DNA from: an uncultured bacterium
GTDB lineage: Bacteria; Actinomycetota; Acidimicrobiia; Spongiisociales; UBA5794
Assembly: GCA_963801165.1 (NCBI GenBank)
Contig: CAWDDT010000006.1
Location: 1 to 64,000, forward strand
Reading direction: 5' to 3'
DNA length: 64,000 nt
Shown here one piece after another: positions 38,585 to 47,960 of the stretch (position 1 is the stretch's first letter; the number at the start of each line of letters is the position of its first letter). The position numbers and the translations under genes are program-made. The notes under the pieces were generated by a model. That model did not search any database, had not been told where the DNA came from, and saw only the letters and a list, made by a program, of their open reading frames with translations.

Positions 38585-39097
38585 GTGGAGGCGAAGATGG
38601 ATCGCGGACCGAAGCCCCCGTCGGCAACAGCCGAGACGGACGCTACCCGCCCCACCGCTCGCCGTTCACGAAGCGCCCGCCGCGTTGGATATGCACTCAC
38701 CGCCGGTGTCAACCTCATCGCGTGGTGGATCACCCTCAACCTGCTCGATTGGGGATGGCCCTCATTCCTGACCGGCGCCTTCGAGGATCTGTCGGCGCTG
38801 ATCGGGTTCTCGCTTGCGGCCACCGCCGTGATGAACTTGACCTGGATGGCGCACGACCCGCCGCGGTTCAAACACACCGCCCAGATCGCGCTGAATGTCG
38901 TCAGCATGGCGGTGACCATCCGGACATGGCAGGTATTCCCATTCGATTTCTCGACATTCTCATACGACTGGACGGTGGTGGTGCGCCTCGCAATAGGGGC
39001 GAGCATGCTCGGGCTGATCGTGGCTTCGGTCAGCGAGTTGGTGAAGGTGGTGCCGTTGGCAGGAGATGACGAGCGGAAAGGGGACGGCGATGGCTAA
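38585..39097 (+). CDS. Membrane hypothetical protein
   Basis: 4 hydrophobic segments, VFPFDFS motif. Confidence 0.7.
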   Translation: MEAKMDRGPKPPSATAETDATRPTARRSRSARRVGYALTAGVNLIAWWITLNLLDWGWPSFLTGAFEDLSALIGFSLAATAVMNLTWMAHDPPRFKHTAQIALNVVSMAVTIRTWQVFPFDFSTFSYDWTVVVRLAIGASMLGLIVASVSELVKVVPLAGDDERKGDGDG

Positions 39098-39989
39098 AGA
39101 AAACGCGCAGTTCGAAGTAAGAGAGACCGACCTGAAGCTCGGCGACGGGCGCGTGTTGCATTTCTACGACGCGGGAGTGCTCTCCGATCGGGCGACTACG
39201 GTGTTCTGGCTCCACGGGACCCCCAACGTCGGCGCACCACCCGAACCGCTGTTTCCCGCTGCGGCTCGGCTCGGGCTGCGCTGGGTTTCCTATGACCGGC
39301 CCGGGTACGGCGGATCGACCCCGAATCCGGGTCGTGCGGTGGCTTCGGCAGCCCTGATGTCGCTGCGATTGCGGACGCGGCCGGCGTTGACGTCTTTGCT
39401 GTGATGGGTCACTCAGGCGGGGCCCCACACGCGTTGGCGTGTGGGGCGTTGCTCGGGGAGCGGGTGAACGGCGTCGCCGCCGGGTCGGGTCTGGCACCGC
39501 GCGCCGCATCGGGGCTCAACTGGTTTGCGGGGATGGCCGCACCCGGAACTGCAGAGCTGCGGGCGGCACAGGCCGGACGTGTGGCGTTGGAAGACTATAT
39601 CTCGGGTGCGGTCTTCGACCCGGAGGTCTTTACCCCGGCAGATCTGGCGATATTGCAGGGAGAGTGGGCGTGGCTGGGGATGGTGGCGCAGCGGGGAATG
39701 GAGTCCGGGCCCGCTGGGATGGTGGACGACGACCTAGGCTTACGTTTCCCCCTGGGGGTTCGATCCGGAAGATGTCACGGCGCCGACCTTGATCGTCCAC
39801 GGCGGGCGGGACCGCATCGTGCCCTGCTCGCACGGCGAATGGTTGTCCGATCACATACCGTGCGCCGAGCTCTGGCTGCGTCCAGGCGCAGGTCACGTCT
39901 CGGTGCTCGAGAGCGCAGAGGAGGCGCTCGCCTGGCTGCTCGAAAGGGATCGATCAGGTGGGGAGATGATGACTGATGTCAATATCTGA
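39090..39989 (+). pseudogene. Alpha/beta hydrolase with two frameshifts
   Basis: HGTP, YDRPGYGGS (frame 1); GHSGGAPH (frame 2); IVHGGRDRIVP, GAGH (frame 3). Confidence 0.85.
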
Positions 39990-40773
39990 GGTTGGAGTGC
40001 TCCAGGGTCGTGTGGCGGTGGTCACGGGTGCCGGGTCGGGTATCGGCCGGGCAACGGCCATCGAGCTCGCGGACGCCGCAGCAGACGTCTTCGGCGCCGA
40101 CCTGAACGTCGCCGGTCTCGACAAGACCCGGAAGCTGATCGAGGGCGACTCAGGGTCGTTCGTCGGCGTGCAATGCGATGTCACAGCCGCCGGTGACCTC
40201 GACCGCCTATACGCGGCGGCCGCTTCGAGGTTCGGCGGCGTCGACATCGTCTGCAACATCGCCGGTGTAGGGGGAGGCGACGATTGGCTCACCGATTCCG
40301 ATGGCGAGTGGCGGCGGGTCATCGACATCGATTTGGTCGCCGTCATCGATGCCACCCGCGCCGCGTTGACGCATCTGCGTGACGGCGGGATCATCGTCAA
40401 CGTGGCGTCGTTGATCGGCCTGTACCCGATGGCCTCGGCAGCGATCTACGGAGCAGCCAAAGCCGGAGTCGTTCACTTCACGCGCTCACTAGCCGACATC
40501 GGCGCACAACGGAATTGTCATGCGGTCGCTATTTGTCCGGAACTCGTCGACACCCCGCTGGCCGAAACCGGGATGGGCGCCGACGCAATGAGCCGGCTGC
40601 GCCAAGAAGGGGCAGTCGTCACACCAGCCGACATCGGCGGCCTCATCCGGGACATCGTTGTCGACCCGATGTCATATGGCACCGTCGTCCAAATCACCCA
40701 GCAGGGCGGCGTCGAGACGATCGACCTCACCCCGACTACAGTCACAACCGAGACAAAAAGCAGCACGCAATGA
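39976..40773 (+). CDS. SDR family oxidoreductase
   Basis: TGAGSGIG, CNIAG, YGAAK (YxxxK). Confidence 0.93.
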   Translation: MSISEVGVLQGRVAVVTGAGSGIGRATAIELADAAADVFGADLNVAGLDKTRKLIEGDSGSFVGVQCDVTAAGDLDRLYAAAASRFGGVDIVCNIAGVGGGDDWLTDSDGEWRRVIDIDLVAVIDATRAALTHLRDGGIIVNVASLIGLYPMASAAIYGAAKAGVVHFTRSLADIGAQRNCHAVAICPELVDTPLAETGMGADAMSRLRQEGAVVTPADIGGLIRDIVVDPMSYGTVVQITQQGGVETIDLTPTTVTTETKSSTQ

Positions 40774-41121
40774 GCAAACTGATCGGCGAGTTCATCGCAT
40801 CGGCTGCCAGAGACCCCGACGGGTTCGTCGCCAGCGGCATCGAAAAGGGTGCAGCCGGGGGCTTCTCGTCCCAGTCCGTCGCTCGCGGTTTGAACGAATT
40901 CCGCCCCGACGAGATGACGGGGCCGGCCCCCTCCGCCTGTACCGGGCGACGGCTATCGGCCTCTGGGTGCTGGGAGAGCACGACCAGCGGATACCGGTCA
41001 GGCTCGAATGATGCGCCCCGAATCCGCCTCAATGACTCCACACGCCGCACATCCGATGCTGCCCGATCGCTGGTCACTCACGCCATGCCGAGTCCACCAT
41101 ACGCTCGAGCGACGAAGAACG

Positions 41122-41256
41122 TCAGGGAGGCGGCACCGAGTCGCTGTCCCAATTGTGACGATCGACCCAGGCGCCGTGAATCAGCACGAGCGGAGGACCG
41201 TTCCGTCCCGTCCGCTCCCACCAGAGGCCGACTCCGTTGATCACGGTCTTCGGCAT
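41122..41256 (-). pseudogene. Alpha/beta hydrolase N-terminal fragment
   Basis: RBS GAGGAGG; MPKTVINGVGLWWERTGRNGPPLVLIHGAWVDRHNW then stop. Confidence 0.7.
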
Positions 41257-41451
41257 GTTGCCTCCTCGCTGCCGTGCGGGACGCATCCACGGTCCGAGAC
41301 TACCGAACGGCGCCGACCCGTGCTCCGTCGGCACCGCAAGCAAACCACGGGAACGTGACAACCAGCAATTGCGGTCATGGCCGGCAACAACCAGTGGTGA
41401 ACCGTGGATGCTCGGAGGGAACCGGTGATGGTCGGTGGCGTCGGTTGCGCG

Positions 41452-41514
41452 TTCACATCGCAGAGGTCGCGGACCGCAAGCGGTCCGTCCGTTCGATCCC
41501 GGTAGCGCCCACCA
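41452..41514 (+). repeat. att-like copy of tRNA-Val 3' half with the same 18-nt insertion
   Basis: TTCACATCGCAGAGG-TCGCGG-[ACCGCAAGCGGTCCGTCC]-GTTCGATCCCGGTAGCGCCCACCA. Confidence 0.88.
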
Positions 41515-41679
41515 GGAAAGGCGGTAATGGTCTGGCTAATCCCCGACAGGACGGTCTGTCGTCCGAGGTCGGTTTGTGCAACCGATCATGGGCGAGTTCG
41601 TGCACTGGCTTTCGGCACTCGGGCATGCCCGGCGCTTTCGCCCGCTGTGCCAACACGCCGTACATAAAGCTGTAGTGTT

Positions 41680-42540
41680 TTGGGCGTGGTGTCAAGGTTC
41701 GTTTCAGTAGGTGACATCAAACTCTTCGTCGTGAGTGAGGGGTCTGGCGATCCTGTGATGTTGGTGCACGGAGGGCCCGGGATAGGTCACTACTACCTCA
41801 AGTCCATGATCGAGCATTTAGCGGACCGGTTTACCGTCTATTCCTATGACCAAAGGGCGAGCGGCAGATCGGAGGTTGGCGACGTCGGCAAGATAACTCT
41901 CGGAGACTCGGTCGCTGATCTGGACAACCTGAGGGAAGCCTTGGGACTCGAGCGTTTTGTGCTGCTCGGGCATTCATTCGGGTCGATCATCGCCCTTCTC
42001 TATGCGGCGAGATACCCCGAGCGGGTTGTATCTCTAGCCCTCATCAATCCGGCCCCGCCAGTTGACCCGGACGAACAGGCGCTGTTCTACTCGGACCTCA
42101 GGGGGCGATTCACCCCTGAACAAAGGGCCAGGGTTGAAGACTTCGAGAATCGGAAGCTCTACGAGAACGCGGATCCGGAAGAATTCCGCGAGTACTACGG
42201 CGCGTACTTCGGTCCCTGCTTCGATGACGCGGGGAACGCGAGAGGCTTCGACTTTGGCTTCACCAAGACCACGGCCCAAAACCTGTGGCTCTCGTTCACC
42301 AGGCTGTGGGCCGATGTGGAAGTTCAGAGGCCATTGGAGAGAGCAGAAGATATCGTTGCGCCGACGCTGGTGGTCCACTGTGAGAACGACCCCATCCCGG
42401 AATCGTTTCCCCGCAGGCTGTCGTCTCTGATCGGCGGCGCCGAGTATGTCGTTCTCAACGATGTCAACCATTTCGCATTCTTCGAGAATCCCGGGCCCTT
42501 CTATCGCGTTTTGGATCCGTTCTTGGACGCACACTCCTAA
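41680..42540 (+). CDS. Alpha/beta hydrolase (proline iminopeptidase-like)
   Basis: HGGPG, YDQRASGRS, GHSFG, C-terminal His (VNHF). Confidence 0.88.
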   Translation: MGVVSRFVSVGDIKLFVVSEGSGDPVMLVHGGPGIGHYYLKSMIEHLADRFTVYSYDQRASGRSEVGDVGKITLGDSVADLDNLREALGLERFVLLGHSFGSIIALLYAARYPERVVSLALINPAPPVDPDEQALFYSDLRGRFTPEQRARVEDFENRKLYENADPEEFREYYGAYFGPCFDDAGNARGFDFGFTKTTAQNLWLSFTRLWADVEVQRPLERAEDIVAPTLVVHCENDPIPESFPRRLSSLIGGAEYVVLNDVNHFAFFENPGPFYRVLDPFLDAHS

Positions 42541-42740
42541 CCGGCCGATGCGGATTGCCGTGGGTTGAGCGTTGAGTTCATCGGATCGTCAGCCGTTGGC
42601 TGGCTCTGTCGACGATCGCCGTCACTGGTGCACACCTCGTGATCGGGATTCCACCGTCTCGACAGGGAGGCGATGGGCTGCGAACCCCACGCAGGGGAGT
42701 GGCCGGCGATTCTGTCGTTGAGGACGACGGTGCTGTGGGT

Positions 42741-44093
42741 TCAAGCATCCGTGCCTGACTGTGTCCGTCTCAGCACCAGGGTGCCGATGGTGCCCGCGAT
42801 GAGCGATCCGGCGAAGATTCCCACCTTGGCGAGATCGCCCAGAGATGGATCGGTGAAGGCGAGGCCGGTAACGAACAGCGAGACGGTGAAACCGACCCCG
42901 GCGACCGCGGCAAGACCGACGATATGGCGCCAGGTTGTCCCCGGTGGTAGGCGGCCCAGGCCGAACCGCACTGTCGCCAGGGAAGCGGCGGAGATTCCCA
43001 CCACCTTGCCGAGCACCAGCCCTCCGCCTACGCCTAACGCCACCGGTGATGTGAGCGCCTCGGTCATGTCGACCCCGCGGAAGTCGACGCCGGCGTTGGC
43101 GAGGGCGAAGACCGGGATGATCACGAACGAACTCCATCCCACGAGGACGTGTTCCATGCGGCTGAGAGGCGACACCGACTCACCGGCGATCCTGGATATC
43201 AACAGCGTCAGGTGATCGATGTGCTCCTGCGGGTGCGGGATCTCTGCGTCGTCGGCGGGAAACCGTTCCATGATCGCTTGTGCCCGCTGCTCGAAGTCCT
43301 CTCTGTCGTAGTACGGCCGGGCGGGCGTGAGGAGGCCGAGCGCCACTCCGGCCAGGGTGGCGTGGACACCGGATTCGAGCGTCAGATACCAGATCACCAG
43401 GGCAAGCGGCACGTAGAACCAGAGTGCTCGCACCTGCACCTTGCTGGCCACCCACACCACGATAAGCCCGGCCACGGCCGCTGCCAGGTAGCCGGCCCTC
43501 AGGTCCGAGGTATAGAAGATGGCGATCACTGCAATGACGCCGATGTCGTCGACGACGGCGACCGCCAGCAGAAACAGCTTCGCACCCGGGGGGATGCGCG
43601 GCCCGACGAGCGCCACGATCCCGACGGCGAAGGCGATGTCTGTTGCCATCGGGATTCCCCAGCCCCCGGCGACTTCGGCGCCCTTGCCTGCCGTGACCAA
43701 CGCGTAGACGAGCGCAGGGAGGACCATCCCTCCCACGGCGGCCGTCACGGGAAGGATCGCCGCCTTGGGGTCCCGGAGATCACCCACAACCAGCTCGCGC
43801 TTTATCTCCAGACCGACCACGAAGAAGAAGACCGCCATCAGGCCGTCGTTGATCATGTGGAGGACGGACTCGTCGAGATGAAAGGAACCGAGTTCGACGA
43901 CCAGGTGGGTATCGAGAATCGCACGGTAAGTGTCCGAGCCTGCGCTGTTGGCCCAGAGCAGCGCAACGACGGCCGCGGCTAGCAGCACGATGCCAGAAGA
44001 AGCCTCGATCTGGCCGAACCGGAGGAGCGGCCTTATGAACGCCTTCGGTATGAACCTCTCCGACGTGGCCCAGGTTTGGTGAGTCGGTTTCAT
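42741..44093 (-). CDS. nhaA: Na+/H+ antiporter NhaA
   Basis: INDGLMAVFF, GLEIKRE, PMATDIAFA, AVVDDIG, FALANAG, GVGFTVSLF. Confidence 0.95.
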   Translation of the reverse strand: MKPTHQTWATSERFIPKAFIRPLLRFGQIEASSGIVLLAAAVVALLWANSAGSDTYRAILDTHLVVELGSFHLDESVLHMINDGLMAVFFFVVGLEIKRELVVGDLRDPKAAILPVTAAVGGMVLPALVYALVTAGKGAEVAGGWGIPMATDIAFAVGIVALVGPRIPPGAKLFLLAVAVVDDIGVIAVIAIFYTSDLRAGYLAAAVAGLIVVWVASKVQVRALWFYVPLALVIWYLTLESGVHATLAGVALGLLTPARPYYDREDFEQRAQAIMERFPADDAEIPHPQEHIDHLTLLISRIAGESVSPLSRMEHVLVGWSSFVIIPVFALANAGVDFRGVDMTEALTSPVALGVGGGLVLGKVVGISAASLATVRFGLGRLPPGTTWRHIVGLAAVAGVGFTVSLFVTGLAFTDPSLGDLAKVGIFAGSLIAGTIGTLVLRRTQSGTDA

Positions 44094-44301
44094 GTCAGCC
44101 ACCAGACTATCTCTCGACCCCGCCCGGTCGAGCCCCGATGACGGCAGACCACATCCGACCACATGAGGACCGGCAAATGACCGGGACACCGGTGACAAGC
44201 GGCGCTGAGAAGCCAGAACGCCGCGGATGATCGGTGGTAGATCTCGACGTCCTGTCGACGTCCGGCCATGACGTCCGCGGCTACATCACGACCCAAGATC
44301 T

Positions 44302-44997
44302 CTACAGGCCTCTACCAATGTCGGTCGACGGTTCACCGTCTACAGACACCTCGAGTCTCGACTCGCGGTCGATTCCGGTTGAACCTGAAGCCCACCGGCT
44401 TGGGTCCGCCGCACCCATGCGTATGGGGTAGCGCTCCTCACCCCAGTAGGCCTGAGGTTCACCCAGCACGGTGACCTCGAAGCCGAGGTGCTCGAACAGG
44501 TCGAGTATTTCACTGGTTGCGGTGCCCGCTGCCCAGCGAAAGCCAAGCTTGCGCATTAGCAGCCACGCAGTAGCGGAGAGTCCGCCGAGGACTCGATGCT
44601 CTCCGTCGCGATACGGTCGAGCGACGATGACGCGTCCGGCGCCTATCACCTCGCCGCGCGGTTCGACGACCAGCCCGTACGCCGCTTCGACCGGCAGCGG
44701 TCGGTCGTGCCGCGGGGGGATGAGCCTGAGGGTGCCGGCCAGGGTGTCACCGTCCCACGCTGCGATCTGTAGCGCCTGTTCGTCGTACTCGTCGCTCTCC
44801 GTGGGCTCGCGCAGGTCGTCGGGCGGAAGCCAGCCATGCTCGGTCACGATCTCGTGGCGGAGGCGGAAGACGGCATCGAGTTCAGCCGGCGTGGCGGCGA
44901 CAGAGAATTGGATCGGGTGAGCTCGGGCGATCAACCGCCGCGATAGTGCATCGGCCGAGTCCAGCCACCGCGGGTCCTCCGGTGCGGACCGCGTCAC
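44302..44997 (-). CDS. GNAT acyltransferase, LuxI/FeeM-like (N-acyl amino acid synthase)
   Basis: AVFRLRHEI..GW, ESDEYD, GTLRL, LPVE; GTGA overlap with upstream gene. Confidence 0.7.
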   Translation of the reverse strand: MTRSAPEDPRWLDSADALSRRLIARAHPIQFSVAATPAELDAVFRLRHEIVTEHGWLPPDDLREPTESDEYDEQALQIAAWDGDTLAGTLRLIPPRHDRPLPVEAAYGLVVEPRGEVIGAGRVIVARPYRDGEHRVLGGLSATAWLLMRKLGFRWAAGTATSEILDLFEHLGFEVTVLGEPQAYWGEERYPIRMGAADPSRWASGSTGIDRESRLEVSVDGEPSTDIGRGL

Positions 44998-45692
44998 TGC
45001 GCTGCAGCCCGCCGCCACAAGACCAGGCCGGTCCAGCCGTACCAGATGGGAGCCAATACGGTGGCCACGGCGACCACTCCGGTGAGGAAGGTAGGAGCCG
45101 CGGCACCCGAGCCGACAGCCGCCAGGACGCTCAGCAAGCCGATCGCCAAGCCTAGGTAGCACAGGACGGCGGGAAGCCGCCCGAGCCGCAGGGCGAGCAA
45201 ACTGACGAGGACGATGAAGGCACCGACTGCAAGGAATTGCCAATACCCCTGCAGGTCGAGACTGCTGCGCCAGGTCGCCAGGAGAGCGGCTTTCGTTGAC
45301 TCGTCACCAGCCACATACGCCGCCGCCAACTTCGGCAGGCGGCCCAGAGCGAAGAAGTAGCTCGCCGCAGTGACGGCATAGCCCACCGTGGCGATGGTCC
45401 CGATCCAACGCACGAGGCCCTCGTTCGCTTCTCTGACGAGCTGAGTCAGAGCGGGCACCAGTCCCAAGCCGAAGAGAGCGACGAGTGCGAGGAGAACGAA
45501 TTCGAGTTTCAACATGCCGGCGCCAGACGCGACGGACGGCAAGAGCTTGGCGCCTCCCACCGCGGCCCTCTGTGCGGATGGCATCGCCAGGTACGTAATC
45601 GCCGCAGCCAACGTGAGGCTTCCAGCCGCGACGCTGCACATAGCTCCGACCCGAAGCACGCTCGACTCACCGGCGGTTCGGTCATCTCCCAT
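44994..45692 (-). CDS. Membrane protein (DUF4386-like)
   Basis: About 6 TM segments, APIWYGWTGLVLWR C-terminus. Confidence 0.7.
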   Translation of the reverse strand: MGDDRTAGESSVLRVGAMCSVAAGSLTLAAAITYLAMPSAQRAAVGGAKLLPSVASGAGMLKLEFVLLALVALFGLGLVPALTQLVREANEGLVRWIGTIATVGYAVTAASYFFALGRLPKLAAAYVAGDESTKAALLATWRSSLDLQGYWQFLAVGAFIVLVSLLALRLGRLPAVLCYLGLAIGLLSVLAAVGSGAAAPTFLTGVVAVATVLAPIWYGWTGLVLWRRAAAQ

Positions 45693-46196
45693 GTCTATGC
45701 CTGCTCTCCCTTGACTCCCGAATTGTAGCGAGAGGGACTTTTGGTTGCTAGGGCGGCTCGAGGCGATCTCCGTGATCGCTTCGTAAGGCCTCCCGATCCA
45801 AACCGGGGCACGGGTGTTGGAGGTCTGTCAGTGTGTCATCACCGCTCAGACTCGAGTTGCTAGAGAAACGATCCAAAACTGGCGAAAGGCGATGGGCGTC
45901 GACACGCCGGTGAAATCGGGGGATGGCGCCCGGTTGGGACACAAGGGCGGACCTGTCGCCTCGCGGGTTTTATGCGAGCAGGCCGCGACCCCAGGAGGAC
46001 TAGAAACCTCCGGTGGTGACCGGGACCTACCGGTACTGAGATCCTGCCAAAGCGCCCACGACAGAAATCCCTTTGCGGGGTAGACGATTCACGGATTTGG
46101 CTCTCATCTAGGACCGCTCGCTCACTGACACCTACGCCCGGGCGGTATTTAGCCCGACCACGCCGTGCACCGTGCGATGAGCGTGCCGTAATGGTG

Positions 46197-47555
46197 CTAG
46201 TTGGTCTCCCTGAGGGGCTGTACCTGCGCCCGCTCCTGGAACAGAACGATGATGTCCGATCCGCCGAAGGTGAAGTAGCCGAACACCTCTCCCTTCTGAC
46301 ACTCGTAGCCTCCCGGGCCGTACAGTGGTGAACCCGGCTCATCGTGCATGAGCTGGGCGGGGTGGGTCATGTTCACGCCCGAGACCTGGCACATGCCGAT
46401 CGGGACCACCGCCACGACGCCGATATCGCCGTAGGGCGAGCCGGCCATGTCGATCGTGATGACACCCCGGGCTTGCGTGAACTCGTAGCCCTCGCCGCCC
46501 TTGGCCGAGCCGGGCTCGGCCCCGTCGGGGGCGTTGAACTGGCCGGAAATACCGCCCTCGCCCCCAAGATCACGTTGAGAAACACTCTTGCGGCGACCGG
46601 GTAGCACTCCTTGACCGTCCCTGCCACCGGAGTGTGGAAACGATGATACGAGTATGGCGCCAGAAAGTAGTGGACGAAGTGGCCGTTGGCGAAAGCGTCG
46701 GCGTAGCCGCTTCCCTGGAGAAGATCGCGGACGTTGCCGATCCGGTGCGTGCCCTTGAGGGTGACCTCCTCGACATTGGAGTCTCCATCGATCGGGAAAT
46801 CTTGGTGGTAGCCGCAGTCGGCGGGAGACGTCACGTACGCGGTGTCGGTCGATTCCGCAATCGGGCGCAGGCCGGGATTTAACTCTCGTGCGAAGAACTG
46901 ATTGAACGTCAGCCAGCCGCTGGGGGCGTTCGGCCGCCACATGGGATCTGGCTGCGAGTCGTGGATCATTGCCTGCGAGTCGTGGATCATTGCCTGCGAG
47001 TCGTGGATCATTGCCTGCGAGTCGTGGATCATTGCCTGCGAGTCGTGGATCATATAGTCGTGCAACGAGTACCAAGGGTCGTCGGCGAATCCCTGAAGGA
47101 TCTCGTCGTTGAACGACTCGGGGGTGTCGAGATACTCTCCCCACGTTTGCGTATGCGACCAGCCACTCGCTGAACCAGGGGATGTTCTCAACCATCACGG
47201 AGTCGTTGTCGCCCACGGGCTGATCAACGAGCCAGTAGAAGTGGCAAAGCCGGTCGTACGCCTCCTGGTACTCGGACGTGCCCGGCCTCTTCCAGCCCTC
47301 GTGCCTGTTCTGTTGCGGTGTCCACCGATAGAACCAGCGGAGGTACTCGATGTACCCGTCGAAGTCCGTCGGCCACCCGAGTTTACCCTTCGGGGGCGTG
47401 ACCTTCAATGCCTGGTACAGGTCGGCATCGAGCCGCTCCATCCCTCGGCCGCCGCGCCGCGCGATATCGTTGGCCCGCTCGAGTGACGCCACCAGAAGTC
47501 GCTTGAAGTCACCATCGGATTTGTTAATCAGCTGTTGGATGAGGCTGTCAGCCAT
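46197..47555 (-). CDS. psd: Phosphatidylserine decarboxylase family protein, two compensating frameshifts (~47145, ~46570)
   Basis: RBS AAGGAGG; TFNQFFAR, SPADC, LAPYSYHRFHTPV, GYFTFGGSDII (pyruvoyl GGS). Confidence 0.85.
   Translation of the reverse strand: MADSLIQQLINKSDGDFKRLLVASLERANDIARRGGRGMERLDADLYQALKVTPPKGKLGWPTDFDGYIEYLRWFYRWTPQQNRHEGWKRPGTSEYQEAYDRLCHFYWLVDQPVGDNDSVMVENIPWFSEWLVAYANVGRVSRHPRVVQRRDPSGIRRRPLVLVARLYDPRLAGNDPRLAGNDPRLAGNDPRLAGNDPRLAARSHVAAERPQRLADVQSVLRTRVKSRPAPDCGIDRHRVRDVSRRLRLPPRFPDRWRLQCRGGHPQGHAPDRQRPRSSPGKRLRRRFRQRPLRPLLSGAILVSSFPHSGGRDGQGVLPGRRKSVSQRDLGGEGGISGQFNAPDGAEPGSAKGGEGYEFTQARGVITIDMAGSPYGDIGVVAVVPIGMCQVSGVNMTHPAQLMHDEPGSPLYGPGGYECQKGEVFGYFTFGGSDIIVLFQERAQVQPLRETN
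46952..47053. repeat. 21-bp tandem repeat, 4 full copies + 18 nt
   Basis: Unit CTGCGAGTCGTGGATCATTGC, perfect; encodes MIHDSQA repeats in psd. Confidence 0.97.
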
Positions 47556-47960
47556 GGCGGGTTCCTCCTTGGAGGAGTAGTCGGTTCCCCGGTCACGAGG
47601 TCTTGATCGGCTGACGCCGGCCGACCGAGCGGTAGCGCCCATGCGGGAACTGGATCGGAAGCGTGGAATGTCGACAGCGGACGCCCCCTTCCAGAGCGCC
47701 CAGACGCGGCACGTCTCAACCGAGCGGACTCGCACGTCGGTCGGTTTGGCTGCCTGGGCGTGGACTCTCTGCAGGTCGTTTCGTCGTCCCTCACTGTCAC
47801 CAACGACCGCTCCTGGCCCGAACTCGAATTGATTCGGCGTCGAGACCGTCGCGACCCATCGTGGGTTGCCCGGGGTGAGATCTACGTCCATATTGCGGCT
47901 GAGCCGGCCCCGCGAGGTCACAACCATCTGCGTTTCGGTGGGGCGGTAGCATCAAGGCCC

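Larger units (their letters stand above)
26325..41514. mobile_element. Decayed genomic island 3
   Basis: Between att copies 26323 and 41452; carries TA, IS481 relic and gene fragments. Confidence 0.7.

Noticed and set aside
31448-41010. Integron cassette array
   Set aside because: No attC-like repeats between genes, many overlap, and no IntI.
26367-41514. Prophage or conjugative element
   Set aside because: No capsid, terminase, tail, relaxase, T4SS, FtsK/TraB or Rep genes recognised.
46952-47053. CRISPR array
   Set aside because: Units are contiguous with no spacers, no cas genes; in-frame coding VNTR.
46197-47927. Intact 576-aa protein with DPRLAGN repeats
   Set aside because: Middle part is out of frame; conserved PSD motifs lie in the 46373-47191 frame.
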